The notes beneath the pieces were generated by a model. It did not search any database and was not told the DNA's origin. It worked only from the letters and a program-made list of their open reading frames with translations. A stretch of 64,000 nt of DNA from Candidatus Thorarchaeota archaeon. Its GTDB lineage: Archaea; Asgardarchaeota; Thorarchaeia; Thorarchaeales; Thorarchaeaceae. Both the position numbers and the translations under genes were made by a program. The stretch is from positions 48,906 through 112,905 of the forward strand of contig JBHLRZ010000008.1 in the NCBI GenBank assembly GCA_048882045.1, given 5' to 3'. Shown one piece after another: positions 29,624 to 39,124 of the stretch (its first letter is position 1; each line of letters begins with the position of its first letter).

Positions 29624-32261
29624 TTCTTGAAACAAGATTGTCAATGAGATCAAGGATGTAGCCAGTGAATGTATGAGATGAGAAGCTCTCGACAGGGATC
29701 AGATTGGAGTTGAGTCCTTTCAAGAGTCTGAGGTTTGATGTCTGATTTCCATTCTTACCAAGTGTCAACACATCCAATCTGTATCGGTCATGCTTGGATA
29801 TGGCGCTTAGGAATGAAACGTGTTCCTCATCATAAGTCCCAACACTATTACTCAAGACGAGAGCGACAGTTGGTCTTTCTGGACCAAAGTCTTCCAAATA
29901 CTCGGCGATTGAACGATAAGCTCCAGCCATGCTCTCATAGCCTTCAACTTCGTCTGAAGTATCGATTATCGAATAGATCAATGAAATAAGCACTTCTTCA
30001 GATTTTAGGTCATCATAAAACTCGACATAGGACTGAACTTCCTTCCCCCTCTGAATTGAGAACTTTTCAGGAATTTCATTGAAAGTTACGAGTGCAAGCC
30101 TACCTTCAGTTCTGTTATGAATGAGGATGTTGACTATCATTAAGGCCGCCAGAGCTGCTATTTGCGATCTGGATGCTGTCTTCTTTATACTGTCGAGGAA
30201 AGCTTCGACCTCGGGAACCAACTTGATCAGAGGATTCAATTGCGTTTTAGCCGCATGAATGGTCTTGAGGTTCACATCTTTCGTCTTCATTTTCATGCTT
30301 TTTGAAATACATAGTACTACATTGATATCTTTGAAGGCTTGCTTCGGTTTGAAGTCTACACCCAAGTCTGACAATCTTCCAACCTGACCGGGTTGTAGTT
30401 GTGGTTTTGAGTACTTCACACCCATAGCAATTGGATTATCCTGTCCTCCGATGAATAGTCTTGTGTCGATTCCAATCAGTACTCCATTTATGGATTCACG
30501 AATCCCCTTTTCATGTAAATGCATGAACGATGACAATTCCGAGTTACTAGTCACTTGAGGTGAATAGTACGAAAGTACCACTTCCTTTAGATCTGTTATC
30601 TCCCCATCGTATCGTACTAGATTCACTATAGTCGAATTTTTAAAACCAAACAGTAAAGCGTCTGATTCAGAAACAACAATCGACCGCTCTCCACACTTCG
30701 GATGTTGTCTGGCAACACCCGCACACCATTGCCCGGTGTTAATATCCAGTGCTAGAATATGATCTTCATCAGTTACCTCTAGTGCTTTCATATCTTCTTC
30801 ACACATGAAAAATACGCCTGATTCGGACTTGGCGATTTCTACTCCAAAGTGTAGCGCTGATAGTATCTCTGAAGGTCTTTCTATGTGGAGACACGAAAGT
30901 AGAGCCTTATCAAATCTGGTCAAATGAGCTGGAGAACCGAAAATGGGTCCTTCCAACTTCGCGTTTGCACGAATCAATGTGGCAAGAAGAATTCCATCTC
31001 TTGAAAGAAGACTCTCGGAAAATGCATTCTTCCATCCAGATACCAACACAGAGCCATTCTTCTCGAGTAGTAATGCCAGACTCAAAGCAGTGGGTGAGGT
31101 TGGTCCTTTCAGAGTTAGGACACAACTATCGAGATAGACTTTTCCTCCATCATTTTCGATCATATGGTCGATAGACACAATTCCAAGCATCTTTCTAGCA
31201 TCTAATATCTGAAGTATCCTAGCAAGTTCGTTCATTGCAGCCTTTCCTAAACTCTCCTCTGCTACAACTGATGTAGTGTTCTCTTCATATTGAAGAAACG
31301 CTGGACGAGGTGGAAAGATCGAAAGGATGTTTCCGCCCAAAATCCGCTGTATTTCCTCAGGTTCTGCAGCCAAATTTCTGCTGAGTAGATAACTGAAGAC
31401 CTCTGATATGCTGTCTCCAAACTGAGTTTCAGGATATGCTGACGAGAAAATCAGTCGTTTTGACCAATCTGCATCGCTTTGTGTTTTCCGCATGTGCCGA
31501 ACGAGAGCTGACAAAGAAGAAATTGTTGCACCAGAAGTTAGGACTTTAGAACCTGGAACATCTAAAAGTCGAGTTATGTTCTGTCCCCACTCCTTTTGAT
31601 TTTTGGCTCCAAGTACCAAACGTGGAGTCTTCAGACCTGCTTGCTTGAGGAGGACCAACCATTCTAAAAGGGGGTCAAGTTCCTCACTGGGCCCAAGTTC
31701 TATGAATAAAGGTTTGTCTGTCTTGATGTAGTTCAACAAATCTTTCCTATTTGGCCCTTTTAGTGCAACTGGAAGGTCAATGGTTCGTAGCACACATCCC
31801 CAACCAACTTCAGTTCTTCTGCCACTTCTCATGTCCTGTAAATGATACACTCGAGGGCTCTGAGGCGGCTGTGTTGCCCACCTGTATACAGAATTTGCAT
31901 TAGCGTCCTGTTGCAGTGTAGGGAGAACTGTTTCTCCAAGATTAATCAACGGTTTAATCACGAGATAGTCTGCAATCCAACTTGACTCTGATGATGCAGT
32001 TGTCCCATGATAGAACTCACTAAGTAATCTTGGTACCCGAAGATAGTCATATGCCCTCCTGGGAAGATATCTGAAAGCTCCTGGATAGAGTGAGGCGAAA
32101 TCGTTGAGCTGGTTCTCAACCATTCTATAGAACGAATAAACCCGGTCTGGATCAAAGGTTCGAATATCCTGTCCAGCCCGTACAATACCGAGTTGAAGGG
32201 ATGAATCAACAACAACGAAGCGGTGGATCTCATTTGCTTCGATGTCTTCAACTACAATCAT
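29604..32261 (-). CDS. Fusion protein: inactive amidohydrolase + CDC48-N-like + degenerate vWA
   Basis: The N-half aligns by eye with 32366-33847 (VDSSLQLG vs VDAHHHMG; QRILGGN vs QRVLGGN). The C-half aligns with 33916-35205 (NVVLCISKSMKMKTKDV vs NAVLCIDTSGSMKTTDV). Confidence 0.75.
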   Translation of the reverse strand: MIVVEDIEANEIHRFVVVDSSLQLGIVRAGQDIRTFDPDRVYSFYRMVENQLNDFASLYPGAFRYLPRRAYDYLRVPRLLSEFYHGTTASSESSWIADYLVIKPLINLGETVLPTLQQDANANSVYRWATQPPQSPRVYHLQDMRSGRRTEVGWGCVLRTIDLPVALKGPNRKDLLNYIKTDKPLFIELGPSEELDPLLEWLVLLKQAGLKTPRLVLGAKNQKEWGQNITRLLDVPGSKVLTSGATISSLSALVRHMRKTQSDADWSKRLIFSSAYPETQFGDSISEVFSYLLSRNLAAEPEEIQRILGGNILSIFPPRPAFLQYEENTTSVVAEESLGKAAMNELARILQILDARKMLGIVSIDHMIENDGGKVYLDSCVLTLKGPTSPTALSLALLLEKNGSVLVSGWKNAFSESLLSRDGILLATLIRANAKLEGPIFGSPAHLTRFDKALLSCLHIERPSEILSALHFGVEIAKSESGVFFMCEEDMKALEVTDEDHILALDINTGQWCAGVARQHPKCGERSIVVSESDALLFGFKNSTIVNLVRYDGEITDLKEVVLSYYSPQVTSNSELSSFMHLHEKGIRESINGVLIGIDTRLFIGGQDNPIAMGVKYSKPQLQPGQVGRLSDLGVDFKPKQAFKDINVVLCISKSMKMKTKDVNLKTIHAAKTQLNPLIKLVPEVEAFLDSIKKTASRSQIAALAALMIVNILIHNRTEGRLALVTFNEIPEKFSIQRGKEVQSYVEFYDDLKSEEVLISLIYSIIDTSDEVEGYESMAGAYRSIAEYLEDFGPERPTVALVLSNSVGTYDEEHVSFLSAISKHDRYRLDVLTLGKNGNQTSNLRLLKGLNSNLIPVESFSSHTFTGYILDLIDNLVSRTTDLQS

Positions 32262-32365
32262 CCAGTAGGTCTCCAGAGTGTAATGATAGATTGACAACAG
32301 CATCCGATATATGCCTAGTGCCGATGAAGCAATAGTTTATCACGAATCTCGAATGACCATCAACC

Positions 32366-33847
32366 ATGCTCGTAGTGCGGGCTGTTGAAGATCAACCAGG
32401 TCGAGGCATCAAGAAAGGAGATGAGTTCAGACTTTATATCGTAGATGCTCATCATCATATGGGTCAGGAGAAGGGTCACAGGAACACACCAGCTGGAGCA
32501 TACGATTTCTATGCATCTTTGTGGTTCGAGATTCAAAAACAGACAAAGATTTTGCTAGAAGAGGATTCTCTGTTATTTGAACCAGTCAATATTCAGGCCC
32601 CTGAACTTGCCTCCCGTATCTTTCAAAGCCGTGATAGTTGGAAACGTCTAGATCACGGTTGGCTTGTTGACAGGACTGTCGCTTTTCCGTACACTGACGA
32701 TTACTCCTCTCCCGAAGCGCCAGGTGATGCATCATTCAAAGTTTCAAATGACAAGATTGCATCATGGACAACAAGAACACCTCACTCCACTAGATTGATT
32801 GGTTTCTCTCGTGTGAATCCACTTGAGGGATCCATTGCCATTGATGAGCTTGACAGAAGTGTAAACGAACTAGGATTGAGAGGTCTCAAACTGCATCCTC
32901 TCGCGCAGCTCTTCATAGATGAGATTGAGGATGATGCCTCCAGGAATATAGTGAAACGAGCTGGAGAGATTGGCATTCCCATCATATTTGACACTAGAAA
33001 CATCAAGACAGTTGTGAAAATCAAGCGGCTTGTGGATTCAATGAGAAACGATCCACAGTGCGGTGATGCTTTGAAGGGGCTGAAAGTGATTATCGCTCAT
33101 TGTGGAATGTCCCCCGGTGATACACGTCTTTTCGAATCTTTAAAGGATCCTATAATCTACGGCGAAACCTCAACTCTGCATGACAGAGATATTCCAGTAT
33201 TGTTTGAAACAGCTAGTGGAAGGTTAGACAAATGGTCTGAGAAATTTCTCTTCGGGACAGATTTTAGTTTCCTCTCGGTTCAGGCACTAGACATAATCAT
33301 GTATATGCTCTCTCGGGACTTTCCAGGGACTTTAGGAGATGCACAGAGAGTTTTAGGTGGGAATGCCTTGTCCTTGCTTCGAAAACCATTCAGGACATCC
33401 ATTGGGAAGTCAGGAGCACCTCGGGAATATTTAATCCGTGATGATTCATGGTTGACACAACGTGGGCTCGAAGATGTCCTGATTGGTCTTTTGAAAAAAG
33501 GTGATTGGAACTTAGGCTCGCTCGACCCAATGATACCACCACTTGGTACTTGGCCGGAGCCACTCCCTGTAAAGGCTGGGGGTACGATTGGCGTCAGCCA
33601 AGAATCATATGTCTTGACGATGATATCTAAGGATAAGACAAAGGAATTCCACATATGGATCAGGAGGCGGTCAGGCAATCTACTCAGTTGTAGTGTCTTG
33701 GCTACACAGGGAATGGTCCAACTTGATACCGTTGAGAATGCCTCTCAAAAGCTAAGCTCTGTTTTGATGCGTGCAGTCGCAGACTATTCAACGATCCTTG
33801 ATTCATCAGATGAACTACAATCTTGTGTTCTGGAACACCTTTCATAG
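32366..33847 (+). CDS. Amidohydrolase_2-family TIM-barrel metallohydrolase with C-terminal extension
   Basis: DAHHH, GLRGLKLHP, IIAHCG, FLFGTDF, LGGNA. Confidence 0.85.
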   Translation: MLVVRAVEDQPGRGIKKGDEFRLYIVDAHHHMGQEKGHRNTPAGAYDFYASLWFEIQKQTKILLEEDSLLFEPVNIQAPELASRIFQSRDSWKRLDHGWLVDRTVAFPYTDDYSSPEAPGDASFKVSNDKIASWTTRTPHSTRLIGFSRVNPLEGSIAIDELDRSVNELGLRGLKLHPLAQLFIDEIEDDASRNIVKRAGEIGIPIIFDTRNIKTVVKIKRLVDSMRNDPQCGDALKGLKVIIAHCGMSPGDTRLFESLKDPIIYGETSTLHDRDIPVLFETASGRLDKWSEKFLFGTDFSFLSVQALDIIMYMLSRDFPGTLGDAQRVLGGNALSLLRKPFRTSIGKSGAPREYLIRDDSWLTQRGLEDVLIGLLKKGDWNLGSLDPMIPPLGTWPEPLPVKAGGTIGVSQESYVLTMISKDKTKEFHIWIRRRSGNLLSCSVLATQGMVQLDTVENASQKLSSVLMRAVADYSTILDSSDELQSCVLEHLS

Positions 33848-33863
33848 CGCGTACTAACAATTC

Positions 33864-33870
33864 TTTATAA
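33864..33870 (+). promoter_or_regulatory. TATA box for the CDC48N-vWA gene
   Basis: TTTATAA about 30 nt upstream of a perfect GAGGAGG SD at 33901. Confidence 0.55.
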
Positions 33871-33915
33871 CTTCAGAAACAGATTGACTTGTATAACACT
33901 GAGGAGGCGAAAGCC

Positions 33916-35205
33916 ATCACCAAGCAAATTACCTTGGAGATTATTGACGGTGGAGACCTTAGGGGATTTGCCAATATTCATCCTAAGACCGCTAAGAAAC
34001 TTGATGCAGATATTGGATCTATTGTGATATTTGAAGATCCTCAAAGCAGTTTCTGGGGTGCGGCTGAGATCAGAAAGAGTAACGAAATTGGAGAGGACCA
34101 GATAGTTATTGACACACTTGTCCTAGAAGCCTCTTTACTTATGGAAGGCGACGAAGTTGAAGTGACACTATACAATGAAGACATGATTGCCTTAGAATTC
34201 ATCGAATTCGGTCTCAAACCATTAGCTGAGGACGCAAATACAGAAGATCTCGTATCTCGAGCGGCAGAGAGGGTGAAGTCCCTTGAGAACATAATCGGTG
34301 GCCGGTTAGTCTATCCAGGGATGTCTTTCAACTGGCCCGAGCTCGCTGTGAAGGTTGATATCATCAACACAAAACCTCCATTGGCAGGCAAGAGCTTTGC
34401 AAAGCTTGCATTTGAAGCATTACGAGAACGTACTGGATACCAGTTCAAGACAGTTGGTGTTGCCTCCCCCTTTAATGCTGTCCTGTGCATTGACACAAGT
34501 GGTTCTATGAAGACAACCGATGTCCCTGTACAGGATATTGCTCACGCTCGCGAAGGTCTAAAGGATCTTGCTGGTGACAGTCCTGAGGTCCATGCATTCC
34601 TCAACAGATTTGAAGAGGGTCGGAATGTCAGCAGAGCCGAAGCCGCAGCAATGGCTGTGTTACTCTACCTCGCAGAGAAGGTTGGTAGGGGTTATGGCGA
34701 GAAGGTCGGTGTAATTACTTTTGAAAAAGAAGTAAGCGAGATGACATTTCTTAACTCTGAAACTGGTGATGTGCAACCTTTTGTTGAATGTACAGGTCGG
34801 GAGAAAGCTCTCGGCCTTCAGATTATCAGTACTCACGTAGTGGACAAAGTAGAGGAAGGTGGAACACTCACTGATATGGGCTCTGCACTTTCAAAGGCAC
34901 ATGAGATAATGGAAGAGTTTGGTGATCCAAACAAACCCACTATGCTTATTATGCTCACTGATGGGATGACCACATCAGGCCCTCCACCATTGAAGGTATT
35001 AAAGGACAAATTCACTGATAGAAGTAAGCTTGTTATCTACACAATTGGTCTTGGTGAAAGGAGTGAGATAGACGAAGAGCTAATGCTAGCAATAGCAACC
35101 TATGGAAATGGAAGCTATCGCCATGTCGATAACATGAGAGATCTACTAGAGTGGTATGGTAAGTTGGCTGGTGAATTTGCTGTTGTTATAAGAGGAGCTG
35201 AGTGA
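33916..35205 (+). CDS. CDC48-N-like domain + vWA (intact MIDAS) protein
   Basis: GFANIHPKTAKKLDADIGSIV...QIVIDTLV...EGDEVEV double-psi barrel pattern; DTSGS, TDMGSAL, LTDG, YTIGLG. Start uncertain (TTG 33889, ATC 33916 or TTG 33934). Confidence 0.85.
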   Translation: MTKQITLEIIDGGDLRGFANIHPKTAKKLDADIGSIVIFEDPQSSFWGAAEIRKSNEIGEDQIVIDTLVLEASLLMEGDEVEVTLYNEDMIALEFIEFGLKPLAEDANTEDLVSRAAERVKSLENIIGGRLVYPGMSFNWPELAVKVDIINTKPPLAGKSFAKLAFEALRERTGYQFKTVGVASPFNAVLCIDTSGSMKTTDVPVQDIAHAREGLKDLAGDSPEVHAFLNRFEEGRNVSRAEAAAMAVLLYLAEKVGRGYGEKVGVITFEKEVSEMTFLNSETGDVQPFVECTGREKALGLQIISTHVVDKVEEGGTLTDMGSALSKAHEIMEEFGDPNKPTMLIMLTDGMTTSGPPPLKVLKDKFTDRSKLVIYTIGLGERSEIDEELMLAIATYGNGSYRHVDNMRDLLEWYGKLAGEFAVVIRGAE

Positions 35206-35206
35206 T

Positions 35207-36337
35207 TCAGTCACGTGGTTCTAGGGCTTGAGTAAGACCTTTCAAGGTTTCAAGATCCATCTCTTGGATCTGTTCCTCTGGAATACCTTCGAGCATCACT
35301 TCAGGAATCGTAACCAGAAGTTCTGCTTTCTCCTCTCCGTACTTCTCAATGAATCCCTGCATTCTAGGATCTACTGGTACAGGTTCTGGTTCCACTTCTG
35401 GCTCTTCTACCTCAGGAGCAGATGCCAGCAGGGCTTCAAGCTCATCTTCACTCAGGGATGAAAGGGTTTCCTCTCCTATTTCTTCTCGGACCTCAGCTGG
35501 CAGTTTCTGAATCAACTTTTCCTTAGTCGTGTCTTTCTTTTTCTTGACCTTCTTGACCTTTCTAACCTTGACAGCTTTCTTCTTCTTCTTTGGTGTTGCT
35601 GAGGGGATTGACACCTTCAATTTCTCTACTAATTCTCTAGCAGTATCTGGAGTAAGTCTTTTGATGTCTTCAGGGGGTAGTGTAGCGATTATCTCATCTG
35701 GAAGCTCACCCAGTATCTCCTCAACCTCTCCTGTAGCTTTAGGAGCATCCATCACGACTGCTTCGTCCGTCATTAGAATTGGTGCACTCTCTAGCTCTTC
35801 AACCAGAGTTGATACATCAATTTCAATATCGAAACCTTGGTTGCGCCAGTTCATGAATTTCCGAATTGCTGGATCTTTCATTTTGATGTTAGAAAGGAAA
35901 TTGTTGATCTCTAATTCCTCCATCTCCGGAAAGTCTTCAACCAGTTTCTCAATGTCCTCCGTTGGAAGTCGTGCCCATAATGGTCCGTTCAAGAGTTTTG
36001 ACAATCCAACTGCACAATGGGATCTTACCCATGGGCTCTCGTCCTGAAGTCCTTTGAATAGTACTGGAATGGTTCTAGGTTGATGATAGAATGCCAAGGC
36101 TTGTGCTGCTGCAATACGTACATCTTGTACGTCGTCGGCGAGGGCCTTTGAAACCTCTGTGACCACTTCTGGATCTGCTAGATCAATTGCTGCAATGAGA
36201 GCTCGTTCTCTGACAAGATCTGAGGTGTCGGAAAATGCCTTAATCAATGCAGTCTTGTCCTTGGCATTTTTCCTCGCGAGTTTTCCAACCTCGTCTGTTT
36301 CGAAATCCAGCAGAAAGCTCCTGATTCTACTACTCAC
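35207..36337 (-). CDS. HEAT (PBS-lyase) repeat protein with acidic LP-repeat tail and Lys-rich patch
   Basis: DTSDLVRERA, DDVQDVRIAAAQALA, DESPWVRSHCAVGL; three LPxE repeats; PKKKKKAVKVRKVKKVKKKK. Confidence 0.8.
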   Translation of the reverse strand: MSSRIRSFLLDFETDEVGKLARKNAKDKTALIKAFSDTSDLVRERALIAAIDLADPEVVTEVSKALADDVQDVRIAAAQALAFYHQPRTIPVLFKGLQDESPWVRSHCAVGLSKLLNGPLWARLPTEDIEKLVEDFPEMEELEINNFLSNIKMKDPAIRKFMNWRNQGFDIEIDVSTLVEELESAPILMTDEAVVMDAPKATGEVEEILGELPDEIIATLPPEDIKRLTPDTARELVEKLKVSIPSATPKKKKKAVKVRKVKKVKKKKDTTKEKLIQKLPAEVREEIGEETLSSLSEDELEALLASAPEVEEPEVEPEPVPVDPRMQGFIEKYGEEKAELLVTIPEVMLEGIPEEQIQEMDLETLKGLTQALEPRD

Positions 36338-36534
36338 GGATACTCCTCCAAGACGCGTGCAATTTCGCCCGGATGACTATGGTATTGTGCAGCACACTCT
36401 CTTAATAGCCTTAGGTGGGCGAATACTGTCACCCTCTTATATCAGTTGGCACTACATATACAATATTCTCTGATGAACTCAAATTTCGATAAAAATCAGG
36501 TACCGTTTTAAGTTGCTTCTGGTGCATTCTTGCC

Positions 36535-37338
36535 ATGGACGAAGACAGAGAGATCAAATCGCTGAAGTTGATTATCTTCATGGGACTAAATTTCCTAATT
36601 GTCCTCATGGCGCCACTCTCAGGTGTGTTCTTCACTGGTGAAATGTACCAATTAGTAGGAACTTTGGTCTTCTTCCTAACATTCATTTTGATGTATACTC
36701 TGACTTGGGTATTTGTTGTCTGGGATGGCGGAAAATCGATCTCTGAATTGGGAATCGATTTCTATGATAACACCTATTCTCACATAATCATTGGAGCAAT
36801 TGCTGGTACTGCTGCCTCAGTGCTGGTTGTCGCATTAGCATTATTCGGAGGTGGTCAGCTTAGACCGATTGCAGATATCACTGGCGACTTAATCATGAAT
36901 CAGGTGATTATCACAGTGCCAACAGCACTATTTGAGGAACTCGTTCATCGAGGATACATACTGACTAGGTTGGAAAACCTCTCTGGCCGTAGGACTGCAA
37001 TAATACTCAGTTCAGTATTCTTCTCACTACTTCATTTCAGTTGGTGGGCAAGTCCAGGATTTCCACTTCATCTAATACTCTTGTTCTCTTTCAATCTGTT
37101 CCTGGGAGGCGTTGCACTCTCTCTAAGTTACTATTGGTCTGGAAGGAGGCTTTGGGTGCCCATCGCATTCCATTTCATGTGGAACATGATTGCCTATCCT
37201 CTGTTTCCATCTTTCCCAAGGGAAACTGTAGTAATGCCAGAGGTCTTTCAGATTGAATGGGGTGTGACTACTATCCTCGGATTCCTATTCGGTATATCTC
37301 TGCTATGGGGACTACTTCAATCGAAAAAGAAAGGGTGA
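36535..37338 (+). CDS. CPBP/Abi (type II CAAX) intramembrane glutamic protease
   Basis: EELVHRGY, FFSLLH, PIAFHFMWN. Confidence 0.9.
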   Translation: MDEDREIKSLKLIIFMGLNFLIVLMAPLSGVFFTGEMYQLVGTLVFFLTFILMYTLTWVFVVWDGGKSISELGIDFYDNTYSHIIIGAIAGTAASVLVVALALFGGGQLRPIADITGDLIMNQVIITVPTALFEELVHRGYILTRLENLSGRRTAIILSSVFFSLLHFSWWASPGFPLHLILLFSFNLFLGGVALSLSYYWSGRRLWVPIAFHFMWNMIAYPLFPSFPRETVVMPEVFQIEWGVTTILGFLFGISLLWGLLQSKKKG

Positions 37339-37366
37339 GAAGGGAGCGGCTTTACCGGCCCCTTCT
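37338..37366. terminator. Hairpin between convergent genes
   Basis: AGAAGGG...CCCTTCT arms with an imperfect inner stem. Confidence 0.4.
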
Positions 37367-37374
37367 ATTGAATC

Positions 37375-38070
37375 TCATTGTTGATCTGAAACTGAGATGT
37401 CATCCGGTCTTCTGACAAGCATTGTCATGCCAGTGATTCCGACTACGGCTACCATCTCTCCAGCCTTGATAGGTGGACCAGTAGTCTTTGCCCACCAAAT
37501 TTCTGCTCCAGTCTTCACTTTGCCCTTGGGATTTATGTCAGTGGTGGCAACAAGATCCGCGTACTTGAACTGCATATAAGTTGGCCACTTGTCATAATCT
37601 CTAAGGAATGCAAAATACAGGAGCATGAGACAGAAGACACTGCCTGCCATTATGTACACTGTAAGCTGTCTCGTGGGATCAATCATCACGGAAAGAAATA
37701 TTGCGACACCATATATTGGGAACAACTTCAACGAAACCTTGGCATCTATGAAGCCGCCTTCTACGAAGCTACTCCCTCCGGTAAACATTGTGAACATTAG
37801 ATACATGAGTGCAAAGATGATAATCAACATCCAGTCTTGGAATGCAAAACCTGTCAACCAAACCTGGAAGACAAAAAGTATGAGGATGAGCGGAACAGTT
37901 ACCTGTGCCATAGCTTTGCCAGTTGCTGGTTCAAGGGTTAGAACCAGTAGTGTAAGAAGCACTCCTAAAAGTATTAGACCAACGAATGGATTTATGAGAA
38001 GAAATGGCATGACCATGCTCAACGCTGAAAACATGATCATGATTACCAAAATCTTGATCCACGCGTCCAT
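37375..38070 (-). CDS. NfeD-family membrane protein (C-terminal OB fold)
   Basis: TM region then INPKGKVKTGAEIWWA...IKAGEMVAVVGITGMTMLVR; adjacent to the SPFH gene. Confidence 0.85.
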   Translation of the reverse strand: MDAWIKILVIMIMFSALSMVMPFLLINPFVGLILLGVLLTLLVLTLEPATGKAMAQVTVPLILILFVFQVWLTGFAFQDWMLIIIFALMYLMFTMFTGGSSFVEGGFIDAKVSLKLFPIYGVAIFLSVMIDPTRQLTVYIMAGSVFCLMLLYFAFLRDYDKWPTYMQFKYADLVATTDINPKGKVKTGAEIWWAKTTGPPIKAGEMVAVVGITGMTMLVRRPDDISVSDQQ

Positions 38071-38082
38071 CTTTTTTCCATC

Positions 38083-38922
38083 CTACTCCTCGGCCATTCC
38101 CTTGTCCTTTGGAACTTTTAACCCGCCCGTTCCAGCTGACATCGCAGCTGCTACACCTGTCGTGACTCCAACCTCTGGAATATTGGTTGGAACCATGATA
38201 ATCAGGTTAGCGTTCTTTGATATCTCTTGCATAATGTTCCATGTACGAAGTACGAATCCTACCTGGGATTCCTCATACCTCTTCGCTGCCTTTAGCATGT
38301 TCTCAGCAGCCTGAAGCTCTGCCTGAGCAAGGATAATTCTAGCTCTGCCCTCTCTGTCAGCTTGTGCTTCTCTACTCATAGCGTCTTGCAATGCAGCTGG
38401 AATGACTACATCACGTATCTCCACACTAGTAACCTTCACTCCCCAGTGCTCTGTCTTCTCATCGATGAGTTCTTGCAGATGTTCTGCGATTTTGTCCCTC
38501 TCGGAGAGAAGTTCATCGAGTGTTACCTTACCGGTGGTCTCTCTCAGTGTTGTCTGTGCACCCAGTTCTACAGCTACTGTGTACCTCTCGACGCTCAGGA
38601 TAGCCTTCTCAACATCAATGACTCTAAAGTACATGACCGCATCAACGACAACAGGTACGTTATCCTTTGTCAAAGACCTCTCTGTCTTGAAGGCGTATGT
38701 CAATAACCTCAATGAAACTTTCATAGCAATCTTATCGAGAATGGGAGTGACCCAAATCACACCAGGTCCCCGAATGTGTTTGAATTTTCCGAGTCTGAGC
38801 ACAGCAACGCGCTCCCACTCCTTGAGGACTTTAATCCCGCTCGCAACGAACATCAGTACGAAGAATGCGAGTACTACGATCAACATTGTCCATAAGTATG
38901 AATCTAATCCGAATAGTTGCAA
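38083..38922 (-). CDS. SPFH/stomatin (slipin) family protein
   Basis: WERVAVLRLG, LTKDNV, AQTTLR, WGVKVTSVEIRDV, AMSREAQADRE. Confidence 0.93.
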   Translation of the reverse strand: MQLFGLDSYLWTMLIVVLAFFVLMFVASGIKVLKEWERVAVLRLGKFKHIRGPGVIWVTPILDKIAMKVSLRLLTYAFKTERSLTKDNVPVVVDAVMYFRVIDVEKAILSVERYTVAVELGAQTTLRETTGKVTLDELLSERDKIAEHLQELIDEKTEHWGVKVTSVEIRDVVIPAALQDAMSREAQADREGRARIILAQAELQAAENMLKAAKRYEESQVGFVLRTWNIMQEISKNANLIIMVPTNIPEVGVTTGVAAAMSAGTGGLKVPKDKGMAEE

Positions 38923-39067
38923 TTCTTTTTGACTCCTTCCTTCTACACACGACCCGTGCAGACGAAATGATGAACAGAGTCCAAGGACTCCGTTTCACGT
39001 TCATCTTTCGTCTGAAGTCTTATGAAGCTTCGTCTCGAGGTAGATGAATTCATGCAAAATAAATAGT

Positions 39068-39095
39068 GTCGGAGGAACGGACCATTTCCTCCGAC
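39068..39095. terminator. Perfect 10-bp hairpin downstream of the ECF gene
   Basis: GTCGGAGGAA-N8-TTCCTCCGAC. Confidence 0.5.
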
Positions 39096-39124
39096 TGAGG
39101 TTTTATCTCCTCTTCACATGTGAG

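Noticed and set aside
37625-38932. Long antisense ORFs (229 and 176 aa; likewise 41602-42264, 48133-48816, 61168-61857)
   Set aside because: Shadow frames of well-supported opposite-strand genes.
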